This document shows positions 1 through 12,426 of a DNA stretch of 64,000 nucleotides, one piece after another; within the stretch, counting starts at the first letter, position 1; each line of letters opens with the position of its first letter. Below the pieces are notes generated by a model. The model saw only the letters and a list, made by a program, of their open reading frames with translations. It was not told the DNA's origin and did not search any database. The DNA comes from Octopus vulgaris (lineage: Eukaryota): NCBI GenBank assembly GCA_951406725.2, contig OX597825.1:70742001-70806000 (forward strand). The letters run 5' to 3'. The translations under genes and the position numbers were made by a program.

Positions 1-13
1 GATAATGATGATG

Positions 14-135
14 ATGATCTTTTCTACTCTAGGCACAAGGCCCGAAATTTTTTGGGAGGTAGGGCAGTCGATTGGATCGATCCCAGTACAAAACTGGTAC
101 TTAATTTACCGACCCCAAAAGGATGAAAGTCGATA
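14..135 (-). mobile_element. SINE family D, 3' part with 'ggccttgtgcct..agaaa' tail
   Basis: Reverse complement of '...tttcatccttttggggtcggtaaattaagtaccag...cgggccttgtgcctagagtagaaaa'; same module as 10780-11000. Confidence 0.7.
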
Positions 136-445
136 GAGGGTCTCACTAGATATCATTTCCCTAATATAAAACATCTTTATAATGGAGGTATTGAGGCAGC
201 GTTGAAAGAGGGCCCACCCAAGATACTTTTTATGATGCTGCAGCATAAGAGTCAACAGCAGGCTACTGTAGATGACTTGTCATGTTTTTTTAAGGCTTCT
301 TTCAGTTTCCGCCTACCAAATACCCACCTCACAAGGCTTTGACTGGCCCAGAGCTACAGTAGAAGACACTTGCCCACGGTGCCACATAGTAGGACTGAAC
401 CCAGAACCACACAACCACACAGCCACATCTACATATATATATATG

Positions 446-507
<62 letters not shown>

Positions 508-509
<2 letters not shown>

Positions 510-827
510 GTAAAGGGTAAAGACCCCCTTCGGTCATGAATGACCATGGGATTGCACCTAGAAAGTTACCCTCCTAGACACAAGTCCGGGCAAGGTTGTT
601 TATGGAAGGCCAGCAGTCGCCCATGCATACCAGCCTCCCCTCTCCACGCCACCAGTGTTATCCAAGGGAAAGACAAAGGTCGATACAGCTTGGAACCAGT
701 GACGTCGCAACTCATTTCTACAGCTGAGTGAACTGGAGCAACGTGAAATAAAGTGTTTTGCTCAAGAACACAACACGCAGCCCGGTCCGGGATTCGAGCT
801 CACAACCTCACGATCGTAAGCTCGACA
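508..827 (-). mobile_element. tRNA-derived SINE family F (CORE-like body, tail T4), 5'-truncated
   Basis: Reverse-complement match to 4391-4733: body 'tgttgtgttcttgagcaa.acactttatttcacgttgctccagttcactcagctg', tail ending 'tcattcatgaccgaagggggtctttaccc'. Confidence 0.8.
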
Positions 828-859
828 CACACACACAAATATATATGCATGTGTATATA

Positions 860-1020
860 TATATATATATATATATGATCATGATGATATACATATATAC
901 ATATATATATATGATGATCATGATGATATATATATATATATACATATATGATGATCATGATGATAAATATATATATATATATATACATATATGATGATCA
1001 TGATGATATATATATATATA
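860..1020. repeat. (TA)n-embedded minisatellite with ATGATCATGATGAT unit
   Basis: Four copies of 'atgatcatgatgata' separated by (TA)n tracts. Confidence 0.85.
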
Positions 1021-1695
1021 GACTAATGAACTAATTATAAATTATGATTAATATAGCCGTTACTATAAAGGAAACTGTGTCAGGAAGCAGATCTGCTTGA
1101 AGAAAATACACACACTTTAATTCACTGGCTATCAAATGGCACGTACGCATGTACACACATGCACACACACACAGAGTATCAATTCCCTCAGAAGTGAAAC
1201 CCTACTTAAATATCGCTATTTTCTACTCAACTACAAACAGACAAGTCTTGCACACTTTGCAGAATTAAATTCTTAAGCCTATGTTAACCCCACCCAGCCC
1301 CACCACACCTCAGCGCCAGTTAATTACCAAAAAACAAAACTAATAACATATTTACCACACAGTCACAAGGTCACAAGAAATGTGAGTCGTTGGGGGGGGG
1401 GGGGGTGAAAGGGTAGCATTTAGCTTTGGTAGCACCCCACCTTACCCCTACTTCTTCACTGGTACTTAACTATATGAACCCTGAAAGGATTAGAAGAAAT
1501 GTCAAGGTCAACCTTGAAAGGGCTTTTTAAGTCATGATATACCCATCTGTTTACCTTTTGCTTGTTTCAGTCATTGGATAGCAGCCATACTAGGGCACCG
1601 CTTCAAAGGGTTCAGCTGAAGAAATCGACTCCAGTACTCTGCCTCTTTTAGGCCTGGTACTAATTGTAGTCTCTTTTGCATGGGGACGGACGGAC

Positions 1696-1738
<43 letters not shown>

Positions 1739-1740
<2 letters not shown>

Positions 1741-2180
1741 GACCTATGCTGAACTATTGAGGAATCTACAGCTACTCTATCCAGATTACAAGTTCAGGTT
1801 TATACCTGTAATTACTGGGGCACTGGGATATGTGACACACTGCCTAAATATCAATCTTGAGAAATTAGGCTTCTCAAAACCAGAAGGGAGAAAGCTTATC
1901 TGGAGACTACAGATCAAAGCCATCACTGGAACAGTAAAAATCTGTAAAACTTTCCAGAAGTTTATCAATTAAGTATATAGGAGCATGTCTAGACATGCAA
2001 CTATATGCATGAGAAAACATACATAAAACAAAGCATACAAATCTGCACATATACATACATACATACATACAAAAATACCTTGTTGATGTTGTAATTCCAA
2101 CAAAGGAGCCTTCAATCTCAGTTAGAAACCTGATCTTTCTCTATTGCTAAGAAATCTTGAAATAAAACTGAATAATGACA
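1739..2180 (+). mobile_element. 5'-truncated RLE-type non-LTR retrotransposon (R4/Dong-like) C-terminus plus 3' UTR
   Basis: TYAELLRNLQLLYPDYKFRFIPVITGALGYV...LEKLG...LQIKAITGTVKICKTF* matches the distal restriction-like endonuclease region pattern (Y..L...L....P(I/V)(I/V).GALG...Q..AI..T..I); begins directly after (CA)n. Confidence 0.75.
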
Positions 2181-3207
2181 GCCAACCAGACACACATATA
2201 CACACAATCAACCCCAGCACATAACTGGTACTTAGTTTACCAACCTTGAAATAATGAAATACAAAGTCAACTTCAGTGGAATTTGAACTCAGAACTTATT
2301 TTATCAATCCCAAAAGGATGAAAGGCAAAGTCAACCTCAGTGGAATTTGAACTCAGAATTTAGAGACAGAGGTAACTAAGCAATTTGCCCAGTGTGCTAA
2401 CAATTCTGCCACCTTAGTAATACCAACAGATATTAATATCTTTTATCTTTTACTTGTTTCAGTCATTAGAGTGCGGCCATGCTGGGGCACAGTTCTTTTT
2501 ATTTTTCTGTTTCGACATTTCTTTCAATTCAATGTAAGCCATACTGACTTCTGCATTCACACATATTGATGTGACTAAAGTGATACTCCATTCAACACAT
2601 GGTTGGTCAAACATAGAAGGTCGGCCAGGTCCAAAGGGCCCAACCACCACCACCACAGCACCATCACCACCATTTCTCACCCAAGGCAGAGCAATCATGA
2701 GCCGGTGGAATCTGAACTCAGTACACAAAGAACCAGAACAGATACTGTAAATCAATTTTTCAGGATGCTCTAGCAATTTGACAAATCTACAACCCTGGTC
2801 TATAACTGGTACATAATTTATTGAACTCGTGAAAAAAATGAAAGGTAAAACGAAAGTCAACCTCAGTAGGGTTTGAACTCAGAACACCAAGAGTCAGAAC
2901 AAATAATACAAGGCATTCTATCCACCACTATAACATAATGACTCCCTGCCAATTAACTGCATCATTGCCTCCTCAATATTAATAACCACAACTGTTTCTA
3001 ATTTAGGCACAAAGCCAGCAATTTTGAAGGGAGATAGAGGGATCAGCAAATTACATTAACCCCAGTGCTAGACTAGTACTTTGTCCCCATGGAGGGATGA
3101 AAGGGCAAAACTGCCCCCGGGGGTATTTGAACCCGGAAATATTAAAGAGACAGAAACAAATAATACTGTAGCGAATTCTATTCAGCACCATAGCATCTCG
3201 GTCAATC

Positions 3208-3391
<184 letters not shown>

Positions 3392-3769
3392 GTATTAATA
3401 ATATATTAAAGTACAAATAGAACCACAATAAAAGATGGGTGTTTGTATAGCAAGATATTCATTTATTTATTTCTATTAGTTAATCTCATTATTGATGTCA
3501 TCCTTTTTAGCTTCTATTATTCAAAGCTGGCAACAAGTCTCCATATATATATATATATATATGCATGTCTAGTGAAAAGATTATTATTAAAACACACAGA
3601 GACCATGCTGCTGCTATGAAGCCAGTTTATTCTCAATTGTAAGCTGTCGATGAAAACACATATCCCAGGAACCAGTATAACTGGCCTTATGATTTTCTGC
3701 TTTATGTCAGCACATAGTCAAAACAGGCTTGTGATTAAAGATGTTCCCGTCATGACCATCCCATCTTTT

Positions 3770-3930
3770 ATTTTGTTTCTCTCCTTGTTTTTTGCTGTGT
3801 CCCTTTCTGTAGAAGAGCGTAGGCTCGAAACGTAAAAGACTTTTTCTATTTCTGAGCGTTATACTAATACTTCTGTTTGTTTTGTACACCACCTGTCTTC
3901 GTCTTTTGTTTTTTTCCTAAACTCTCCCTA
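3770..3930 (+). mobile_element. Penelope-like terminal repeat, subfamily H2
   Basis: Near-identical to 53760-53918; contains a hammerhead-like motif; ends 'aaactctcccta'. Confidence 0.65.
3803..3838 (+). ncRNA. Candidate minimal hammerhead ribozyme (variant core CUGUAGA)
   Basis: CTTT-CTGTAGA-A-GAGC(gtag)GCTC-GAAAC-GTA^AAAG: stem I CUUU/AAAG, stem II GAGC/GCUC, palindromic ACGU stem III. Confidence 0.6.
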
Positions 3931-4390
3931 TCTAGAACTACATTATTTAATACATCCTATCCTACTTTCATGCTATAGAATAATTCCCAGGTCAATACGT
4001 TTCAGCTGTGACCATCCCATCTTGTTGTCAGGTAATATATCCAATATGCCCTTCTTTTATAAAGGTGGAAGGGTTTCATTTGAAGAAATCTAGCTGTGGT
4101 GTCCAGCAGTTTGAATAACTGCATAGAAGCTCACTCATTGGCTTATTAAAGGAAGAATAATTAATTGTATATGACGAACTAACTGTTACTTTCTCAAATG
4201 CAGCACGGATTTTTGTCAGTGAACAGGTCGCGGATTTTAGCGACGAAAATATTTTGACAAATTAAACTTAAATGTTGAAGTGAATCAAACGGCTTTTGTG
4301 TGTTTCTTAAATGGCTTACAAACACCTTCCACGCTGCAATAATTAATTGGTTTTATAGTAAGGTATATAAAGGTTAATAAAAGGTATTTG

Positions 4391-4733
4391 GTGAAGGTGA
4401 ATGGCTCAGTGGTTAGAGCATTGGGCTCACAATCATGAAATAGTGAGTTTGATTCCCAGATCAGGCTGTGTGTTGTGTTCTTGAGCAAGACACTCTATTT
4501 TTCACACTGCTCTAGTTCACTCATCTGTAGAAATGAGTCACAATGTCATTGGTGCCAAGCTGTATCGGCTGCTGCTTTTCCCTTGAATAACAACGGTGGA
4601 ATGGAGCAGGGAGGCTGGTATGCATGGGCAACTGCTGGTCTTCTATAAACAACCTTGCCCAGACTTGTGCTTCGGAAGGGAATTTTCTAAGTGCAATTCC
4701 ATGGTCATTCATGACCGAAGGAAGTCTTTGCCC
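4391..4733 (+). mobile_element. tRNA-derived SINE family F (CORE-like body, tail T4)
   Basis: A-box 'tggctcagtgg', B-box 'gagtttgattcc', body 'ttcttgagcaagacact', tail 'gtcattcatgaccgaagg'. Confidence 0.8.
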
Positions 4734-5049
4734 TAGTGAGGTAAAATTTGGCAGATTAGACAAAACAAGGAAAAGTGAAAGGAGTGGAGTTAGGTGAAGA
4801 TGGTACAGCTTGCTAGTTCAGTGGAGCAGAAGATGTGGTAGTAGCAGTAGAAGATGCAGAGAGAAAGCATAGGATGTCTTTGAGCCAGTGATTGTAATAT
4901 CCGTACAGCATACAGTGTGAAAGTGTTGCTATAGTTTAACCATAGGTCAACCATAATCAAACAGAATTATGATGAAGACATTACAGGCATGACCATTCTG
5001 TCTTCTGGTTGCATACGAAACCACATTAACTAGCACATAATTTCTATAT

Positions 5050-5232
5050 TCAACCTTTTACCATTTAAACTGACTTTATCCAGCCCAAATATTCTGGCCA
5101 GATCTAGTCCCTCACACTAACCCTAAAAAATTTGAAATCTTAAAGTTATGAGATAATGCACGGTTACTTTGAAATAAGTTGAACAAATAAGTATTACATC
5201 TGACAAAGTAATCTGAAAGCTTTAGGGTTAAG
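5050..5232. mobile_element. TTAA-type MITE family P2 (degenerate)
   Basis: Ends 'aaccttttaccatttaaa' and 'gctttagggttaa'; homologous to 29838-30316 and 32828-33048. Confidence 0.6.
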
Positions 5233-6564
5233 ATGTAGGGTATAAGTCAAGGGATATTAATTAGCTATTTCTAAATGGTCATGTGACCTCAGAGATTGCC
5301 TCGTAGTCATTTATCTTGGTGTTTATTTCACATTTAGGTGAACTGAGCAATTGAAATTCCATTTCACATTCAACTCAACATGCAGTTATTTCCAACATGG
5401 GGCACAGGGTGTCTTTCTCAACCATAAAAGGGAGCAACCCCATCTTCATTTACCTGTTGCAATGCTGCATTGAGTAGGATGAAACTGTCCAATATTTCCC
5501 AGGGATGGCCACCACAGGTTGAGGCAGCCAGTGAAAATCTTTATCCTCATTCATCATCATCATCATCATCAATGAATATCCACTTTACCATGCTTGCATG
5601 GGTCAGATGGAATTTGTTAAGTCAGATTCTCTATGGCCAGTTACCCTACGTGCCACTAACCCCCATTTGTTTCAAAGCAAGGTAATATTTCCCATGCGTA
5701 CACATAAGGTTATATACAAACACGTGCATACATATATACACTCCCACACTCACACATACAGAGTTTACAACTACCAAATCCACTCAGGGCTATAGTAGAA
5801 GACACTTGCCCAAGATGCCACATAGTGGGACTGAACCCAAGACCACATGGTTGCGAAGCAAGCTTCTTAATCACACAACCAAAACTGCACCTATAGCCCT
5901 GCCTAGTTAATTTTTTTTTTTTAAAAAGCATCCTAACCACTAGGCATGTCACCAGGTTGTTAGGGTATGAAGCTGACAACCATGAACTTGGATCCAGTTC
6001 CTGGACCGAACAGCATGCTATGTCATTCAGAAAAGCACTACATTTCACTTTGTTTCAGTTGCTAGGCTGAAATGAAAACCAGTTGATTAGTGGTGTAGCC
6101 ATCCTCTCCCTCTTTTCAGCTGTCACATTCTTGACTATCCAGTAGGTCAAGAGTAGGTTGGATGAAAGGATATCAATGTCGGCTGGTTAGCAGAGAGGCA
6201 TCTAAAGTAATTAGCAAAAGCACCGTACATGCAACCCAATCATACTCACTTGTGAGTGATGGTACTGTGTTAGATTGAAAAAAGGAAATTGTCTTTTATC
6301 TGTTATTGTTTTACGTAAGTTATCAAACTGGACCATGGTGAGGTGTATCACCTCCAAGGGTTTAGTCAAACAAATTGACCCCAGAACTTAATTTTTAAGT
6401 CTGGTTCTTATTCTATCAGTCTCTTTTGCCAAACTACTAAGTTGCAGAGGCGTAAACAAACCAATGCCAGTTTCAAGTGATGTACAGGAAAAAACACAAA
6501 TACACACACACACACCCACCATCATCATCATCATCACCATCTAACATCCGCCTTCCATGGTAGC

Positions 6565-6601
<37 letters not shown>

Positions 6602-6691
6602 TATACATCTATATGAATATATACACACACAAACACACACACACACACACACACATATATACATCTATATAAATATAAATATATATATATA

Positions 6692-6734
<43 letters not shown>

Positions 6735-6789
6735 TATATACATCTACACACACACACACACACATATACATATATATATATATCATATA

Positions 6790-7322
6790 GAATATAGAAT
6801 AATAAAATAATAAGAACAAAGGAAAACCTTTGCTGCAGTGCACCTAATTAGTGCTCTATATGAGCAAAATATAACATAAATCAAAGTGGATGACAGATTT
6901 TCATGGGTCATGTTCGTTTATCGCGGAAATACAAAATACAATTCATTGATATATTAGGTTTCAAGCACTCCAGTATTACAATCCAAAGAAAAGCAATAGT
7001 GCAAAACCTTATGACTGTTTCAGGGAATGAGTTGGTATTGGCGAATTTTTCAGCCCAATATAAATAATCACTTTTCCCTCATCAGAGGTAAAAAAAAAAT
7101 CAATTAAAACAATTTTAGAATTTAAGAAAGCTTAAAATATCTCCTACGTACAGAACTTGAAGTTATATTGAGTAATGTTATATTTTTAAGCTGAATAAAA
7201 CCATCCAATATATCCATACACTATCTAACCACCCCCAAAGTATCATCAATTGAGTGCTTAGGGGAATTTCATTTAGATTATCTAACTTGACCCATGAAAA
7301 TCTATCATCCACTTTGATTTAT
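6790..7322 (-). mobile_element. Penelope-like element 3' end with hammerhead motif and inverted terminal fragment
   Basis: Flanked by (TA)n on both sides; 35-bp inverted repeat 6876-6910 / 7288-7322 (34/35 identical); minus-strand CTGATGA...GAAA motif. Confidence 0.6.
7006..7089 (-). ncRNA. Candidate type I hammerhead ribozyme with long stem II
   Basis: Minus strand ACCT-CTGATGA-GGGAA...(tattgg/ccaata inner stem)...TTCCCT-GAAA-CAGTCA-TA^AGGT; perfect core boxes, stem I ACCU/AGGU, degenerate stem III. Confidence 0.6.
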
Positions 7323-7337
7323 ATATATACATACATA

Positions 7338-7564
7338 AGGTGCAGGCATGGCTGTGCAGTAAGAAGCTTGCTTCCTACCACATGGTTCCGTGGGTTCAGT
7401 CCCACTGTGTGACACCTTGCGCAAATCGACCCCAGGACTTATTCTTTGTAAGTCTAGTACTTATTCTATCGGTCTCTTTTGCTGAACCGCTAAGTTATGG
7501 GGACGTAAACACATCAGCATCGGTTGTCAAAACAAACACAGACACACAAACACATACACACATG

Positions 7565-7604
<40 letters not shown>

Positions 7605-7737
7605 AGACGGGCTTCTTTCAGTTTCCATCAACCAAATCCACTCACAAGGCTTTGGTCAGCCCGAGGCTATAGTAGAAGACACCCGGAACCATGTGGCTGG
7701 CAAGCAAGCTACTTATCACACAGCTACTCCTACACCT
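7338..7737. mobile_element. SINE family A: plus-strand head (7338-7424) fused to a minus-strand copy (7421-7737)
   Basis: 'gtgcaggcatggctgtg...gggttcagtcccactgtgtgacaccttgcgcaa' runs into 'atcgaccccaggacttattctttgtaag', the reverse complement of tail A1. Confidence 0.75.
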
Positions 7738-8519
7738 ACAGGAATTTTTTTTTCTTTTTACCTTCCATGTCGCTAGCACTTATTAGATCACCAAGTAACT
7801 TGCGACTAGGACAGACTGACCATTTCACTCCCAAGGCATAGGTCGGCCGAGAGCCATAACAGAAGATACTCGCCCAAGGTGTTGTACAATGGGTCAGAAC
7901 TCAAAATCTTGATTGCAAAACAAATTTCTTAGCTACACACTCATGCCTGTGCCTTAGATAAATTAGTTTTAAGGGAAAGAAAATTTTCAATCCTTATAAG
8001 GAATCAAAGAATCACTGGTGCCAAGCAGTTTTCAGGATATTAGTATAAATAACAACCCACCCAACACAGCCAAATCCACAAATTACTTTTGGTTTGTTAT
8101 TTTATATTTGCCTCTAATTGTTTCCTGTTATGTTTGGCTTCCGCTAAAGTTTAATCTCACAAAAGCTAATAAGTTTTCTTCATTAAATTGACAAGGGGAA
8201 AAAAAAAACTCTTTCTTTTTAATTATTTCATAAAGTGTATCCTTAGCTTTGAGATCTAGAGAGATTTTAAACCATTATAGAGGAATACTGAGAAACGACA
8301 TGCAGTAGTGTAGATATATAAGGAGGGGTGAGTGAGGCTTGGCTGAAAAGCATAAATAAATACTGCATATTCATTCATCTATCACAAAGAAATCAAACAG
8401 ACCTTAAAAACGACTCCAACTGTATTAACATATGTCTGTAGATATATATATATATTTTCATTCTTTAAGTAATTAAGCCTATAAATAATGCAATATTTTC
8501 AGTCAGCTTATATACTCCC

Positions 8520-8552
8520 CCACATACACATATAAGTATGTATGTATATGTA

Positions 8553-8600
<48 letters not shown>

Positions 8601-8601
8601 C

Positions 8602-8672
<71 letters not shown>

Positions 8673-8711
8673 CATACATACATATATATACATACATACA
8701 TATATATATAC

Positions 8712-8745
<34 letters not shown>

Positions 8746-8900
8746 ATATATACACATACATATATATATATATATATACATACATATACATACATATATA
8801 TATATATATATACATATATAGATAGATAGATAGATAGATAGATATAGATATATATATACACACATACACACACACACACATGTACATATATGTACATATA
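8520..8900. repeat. Compound (TA)n/(TACA)n/(GATA)n/(CA)n microsatellite
   Basis: Direct reading; source of the YI/YM-repeat ORFs. Confidence 0.95.
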
Positions 8901-10477
8901 TAAAAATATCTAAATGAAGGCTTTAACAGCTGGCAGGTTCACGGTATCGACTTTGGTTTGTTATTGCAGCTGGAACGAGACCCGGTGTTCAATAGAAACT
9001 CCCCTAATGGCATCTTATTCTTCAACAAAAGAAGTTAAAGAGACTTTTAAAACAATCAGAAGCTTAGACAAGATCACAGCTTGTTAAGATTGTTTCTCTT
9101 GGTGTGTAACAAAAGAGTTTATGTAATTAGCTCTCGTACGTGAAAGCTGCTTTCACATCAATATTAAGTAAGACAATGATGGTATTTCATGTGAATCAAC
9201 ATATATCTATATCTATCTATATATATATATATATATATATACATTGCTGAGGAATTTAAACATGTTTTAAGTAAATGATAGTACCATTAACACTAATAAC
9301 AACAATAAGAAGAACACAGAGTTCAGGAAACCCCTGACCACCCAATAAGCAAGGCAGCAAGCCACCCAACCAGCCAGCCAGCCAACCTATCAGGACCGAA
9401 TACCAGACTGACTCTGTCTAGACCACTGGTTCCCAAAGCGAGTGGTACTGCCCCCAACTCACCCACTCCATGATTGGGGGGAAACTGAGGTGATAGTGGG
9501 GTAGGCAAAAGGTGCGCAATGGATATCATCATCATCATTATCACTTAACGTCTGCCTTCCATGCTGGCATAAGTTGGACAGTTTGACAGGAGTGGGCCAG
9601 GCAGTCCTGTGTCTATTTTGGATGCCCATCTTAACACCAACCACTCTGCAAAGTAATCTGAGAGTTTTTTTACGTGGCACCAGTGAGGTCAGATTTTGGC
9701 ATGGTTTTTACAGCTGGATGTCCTTCCAAAGGCCAACTACTTTACAGTGTGACCTGAACGCTTTTTACGTGGCACCAGTCTGGGCAGATCATTGTGTTCT
9801 TGAACAAAACACTTCATTCTGCATTGCTCCAGTTCACTCAGCTTAGCTGTAAATGTTTTTTGGGGGGCTTTTTTTTACCAAACCACTATGTTATTAGGAC
9901 ATAAACAAACCAACCAAGTTGTCAAGCAGAGCAGAGGGGGAACAGACGAACGAACACACACACATACACATATTGTCAATTAAATCCACCTTCCATAATT
10001 AACCAGTACTTTAACGACCCAAGAGCAAATGCCAAGTTGATCCAGAGAGAATAAGAACTTGGGACCTAAGGAGGCGTAACTAAATACAATGAGACATTTC
10101 ACACCCAACACCATTACCAATTCTGCCAAGTCTCTGACTTGACTCTTAGATATAAATAAACAAAATACTAAAGCCCAAGAGATTTTTTACTTATCAAGCA
10201 AGATTATTCTTATCTCCACCTATTCAATTACCTCTACATGCTTCCCAGGAATTACCAGACTATTTATGGATTCTTAGATTATTTACATTTAGAAAATATG
10301 CCTAGCCATAAAAATTACTTTCACCTCTAAAGTTGAAATCGCTTCCATCGCTTTTTATGGCCAACAGATTATCTAAGGAAATATTATTTATCAGTTCTGA
10401 CAACGCCTCAGTTATAATTCACACGTTTCTTCCACCACATCAAAGGACTTCATAGTCTATGTATGAAATTATTACTG

Positions 10478-10770
10478 TTGTCCTAAGATTGCGATGTTCA
10501 ATGAGCTTGAAGGCTATTCCAGTGGAGCACAAGCTCCTGATAGGGCCTCCCATGCTGGACATGTCAAAGGATAGGGGCCAGACTAATGTAGAGCAAATGG
10601 GTTTGCACCAGGCTAACACTCCAACATAGGAAAAAATAGCTAAGTTACAGAAGCACTGATGAGAATACAAAACCAACAAAACATGGGAGAGGAAGGCTTT
10701 CACCCAGGGAAGAATAAGACACATCAGGTCCTCACTTGGAAACTATGAGGGAGACAGAAAAGGGAATACC
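10478..10770 (+). mobile_element. Degraded 5' region of an RTE-clade (Rex3/Expander-like) LINE
   Basis: 'aatgagcttgaaggctat..gctcctgatagggcctcccatgctggacatgtcaaaggataggggccagactaa' resembles, from recall, the RTE 5' UTR motif 'ggtagggtcacccatgcc.gacaggtc...ggccagactaa'. Confidence 0.4.
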
Positions 10771-10779
10771 ATTTCTGTC

Positions 10780-11000
10780 GACAAGCTGGCAGAAACATTA
10801 GCACGCTGAGCGAAATGCTTAGCGGTTTTTCGTCTGTCTTTACGTTCTGGGTTCAAATTCCGCCGAGGTCGACTTTGCCTTCCATCCTTTCAGGGTCGAT
10901 AAATTAAGTACCAGTTATGCGCTGGGGTTGATGTAATTTACTATCTCCCCTCTCCCACCACCCCAAATTTCAGGCCTTGTGCCTATAGCAGAAAGGATTA
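10780..11000 (+). mobile_element. tRNA-derived SINE family D
   Basis: 'agctggcagaaac..tagcacg...gggttcaaattccgccgaggtcgactttgccttccatcctttcagggtcgataaattaagtaccag'; B-box present. Confidence 0.8.
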
Positions 11001-11776
11001 ATCAATGCTATTATCTATAGCTTTATATGTTCTTCAAGATCTTCTGTTCCCAAGCTAAAAAAAAAGGTTATATGAATGTATTAAAACAACACTTACCCAT
11101 GAACCATTCCATATTCTTTGTAATTAACTTGGATAAATTTCCCAAACCGACTAGAATTATTATTATGTACCGTTTTTGCATTTCCAAATGCCTGAAAATA
11201 AGAAAGAAAATTCAAAAGTTAGAGAAAAATAACATTGAATAAATTAAGAAGTATTTAAATACAGAGAATATTATTTTGCGAGAGTGTGTGTGGACATGCT
11301 TGTACATGTGCACATCATAATCATCATCTCCGCCACCACCATCATCATCATTTTAAATGTCCGTTTTTCATGCTGGCATGGGTTGGACGGTTTGACAGGA
11401 GCTGACTACGTATAAGAGTACCCCAGGCTATAGCGTCTGTTTTGGCTGGGTTTTTTACAGCTTGATGCACTTCCTAAGGCCAATCACTGTAGAGCACACT
11501 GAATGCTACTTACGTGGCACCAGCACAGGTAAGGTCCGTTTTGGCAAGGTTTTAACAGCTGGATGCCCTTCCAAATGCCAACCACTCCCCAGTGTCGACT
11601 GGATGCTTTTAATGAGGTACCAGCACCAGCAGGGGTCACCAAGTAATTTGTAAGACAAGGAGTTATGAGAGGGGAGGGGGTCATTGTAGGAAAGGGTCTT
11701 GTGTTGGATGATGAAAGGTTAGTGTGACAGAGAAAGAGAGAGGGGGAGGGAAAGAGAGAGAGAGAGAGAGAGAGAG

Positions 11777-11808
<32 letters not shown>

Positions 11809-12259
11809 ACACATTTTTTTTTTAATCTTTTACCTGTTTTAGTCATTGGACTGTGGCTATGCTAAGGCACAGCCTTAAAGGCTTTTCATCAAACAAATGT
11901 ACCCCAACATCCGATTTTTCCTTCAGGTACAGTGAATGCAAACTGACATTACCCAGGGCACATACTAGTGTTTTCTATTCTTTTACTCTTGCATTTGTTT
12001 CTGTCGTTTGACTGCAGCCATGCTGGAGCACAAGAGACGTTAAAGTATGTTTCAGCTACAAGTGATTTGGTTGCTATTTCTAAAATGTTAAGCAACCACA
12101 TGGATGTTCCCTTGTTGACACAATGCAATGCTCTCTTTCAACAGTGAGTACTACTCTGAAGCATTACAGAGTAGTTTGACACCTCAAACTACAATCAGTT
12201 CAGTCCTGTAAGACAAGGGGTCACAAAGTACCAGGCCATAGGCCAACAGTGGGTTATGC

Positions 12260-12375
12260 ATGAATCACTGGCGATTTTCTTCCTCTGTCTTCCTTTCTAT
12301 TTGGACTGTTCTCTGTTTCTGAAGAAGAGCATTGCTCGAAACATTAAACCATCTTTCTTTCCTTCCCTGAGCATC

Positions 12376-12377
<2 letters not shown>
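12260..12377 (+). mobile_element. Penelope-like terminal repeat, subfamily H1 (truncated into (TA)n)
   Basis: Homologous to 44908-45093, 51826-52021 and the reverse complement of 24868-25053. Confidence 0.65.
12315..12349 (+). ncRNA. Candidate minimal hammerhead ribozyme (H1)
   Basis: GTTT-CTGAAGA-A-GAGC(att)GCTC-GAAAC-ATT^AAAC; intact CUGANGA and GAAA boxes; stem-III G>A change at a CpG. Confidence 0.65.

Positions 12378-12426
<49 letters not shown>

Noticed and set aside
1021-1090. CTAATGA...GAAACTGTGTC^AGG motif
   Set aside because: Core is mutated, with no 5' stem I partner and no closing stem II pair.
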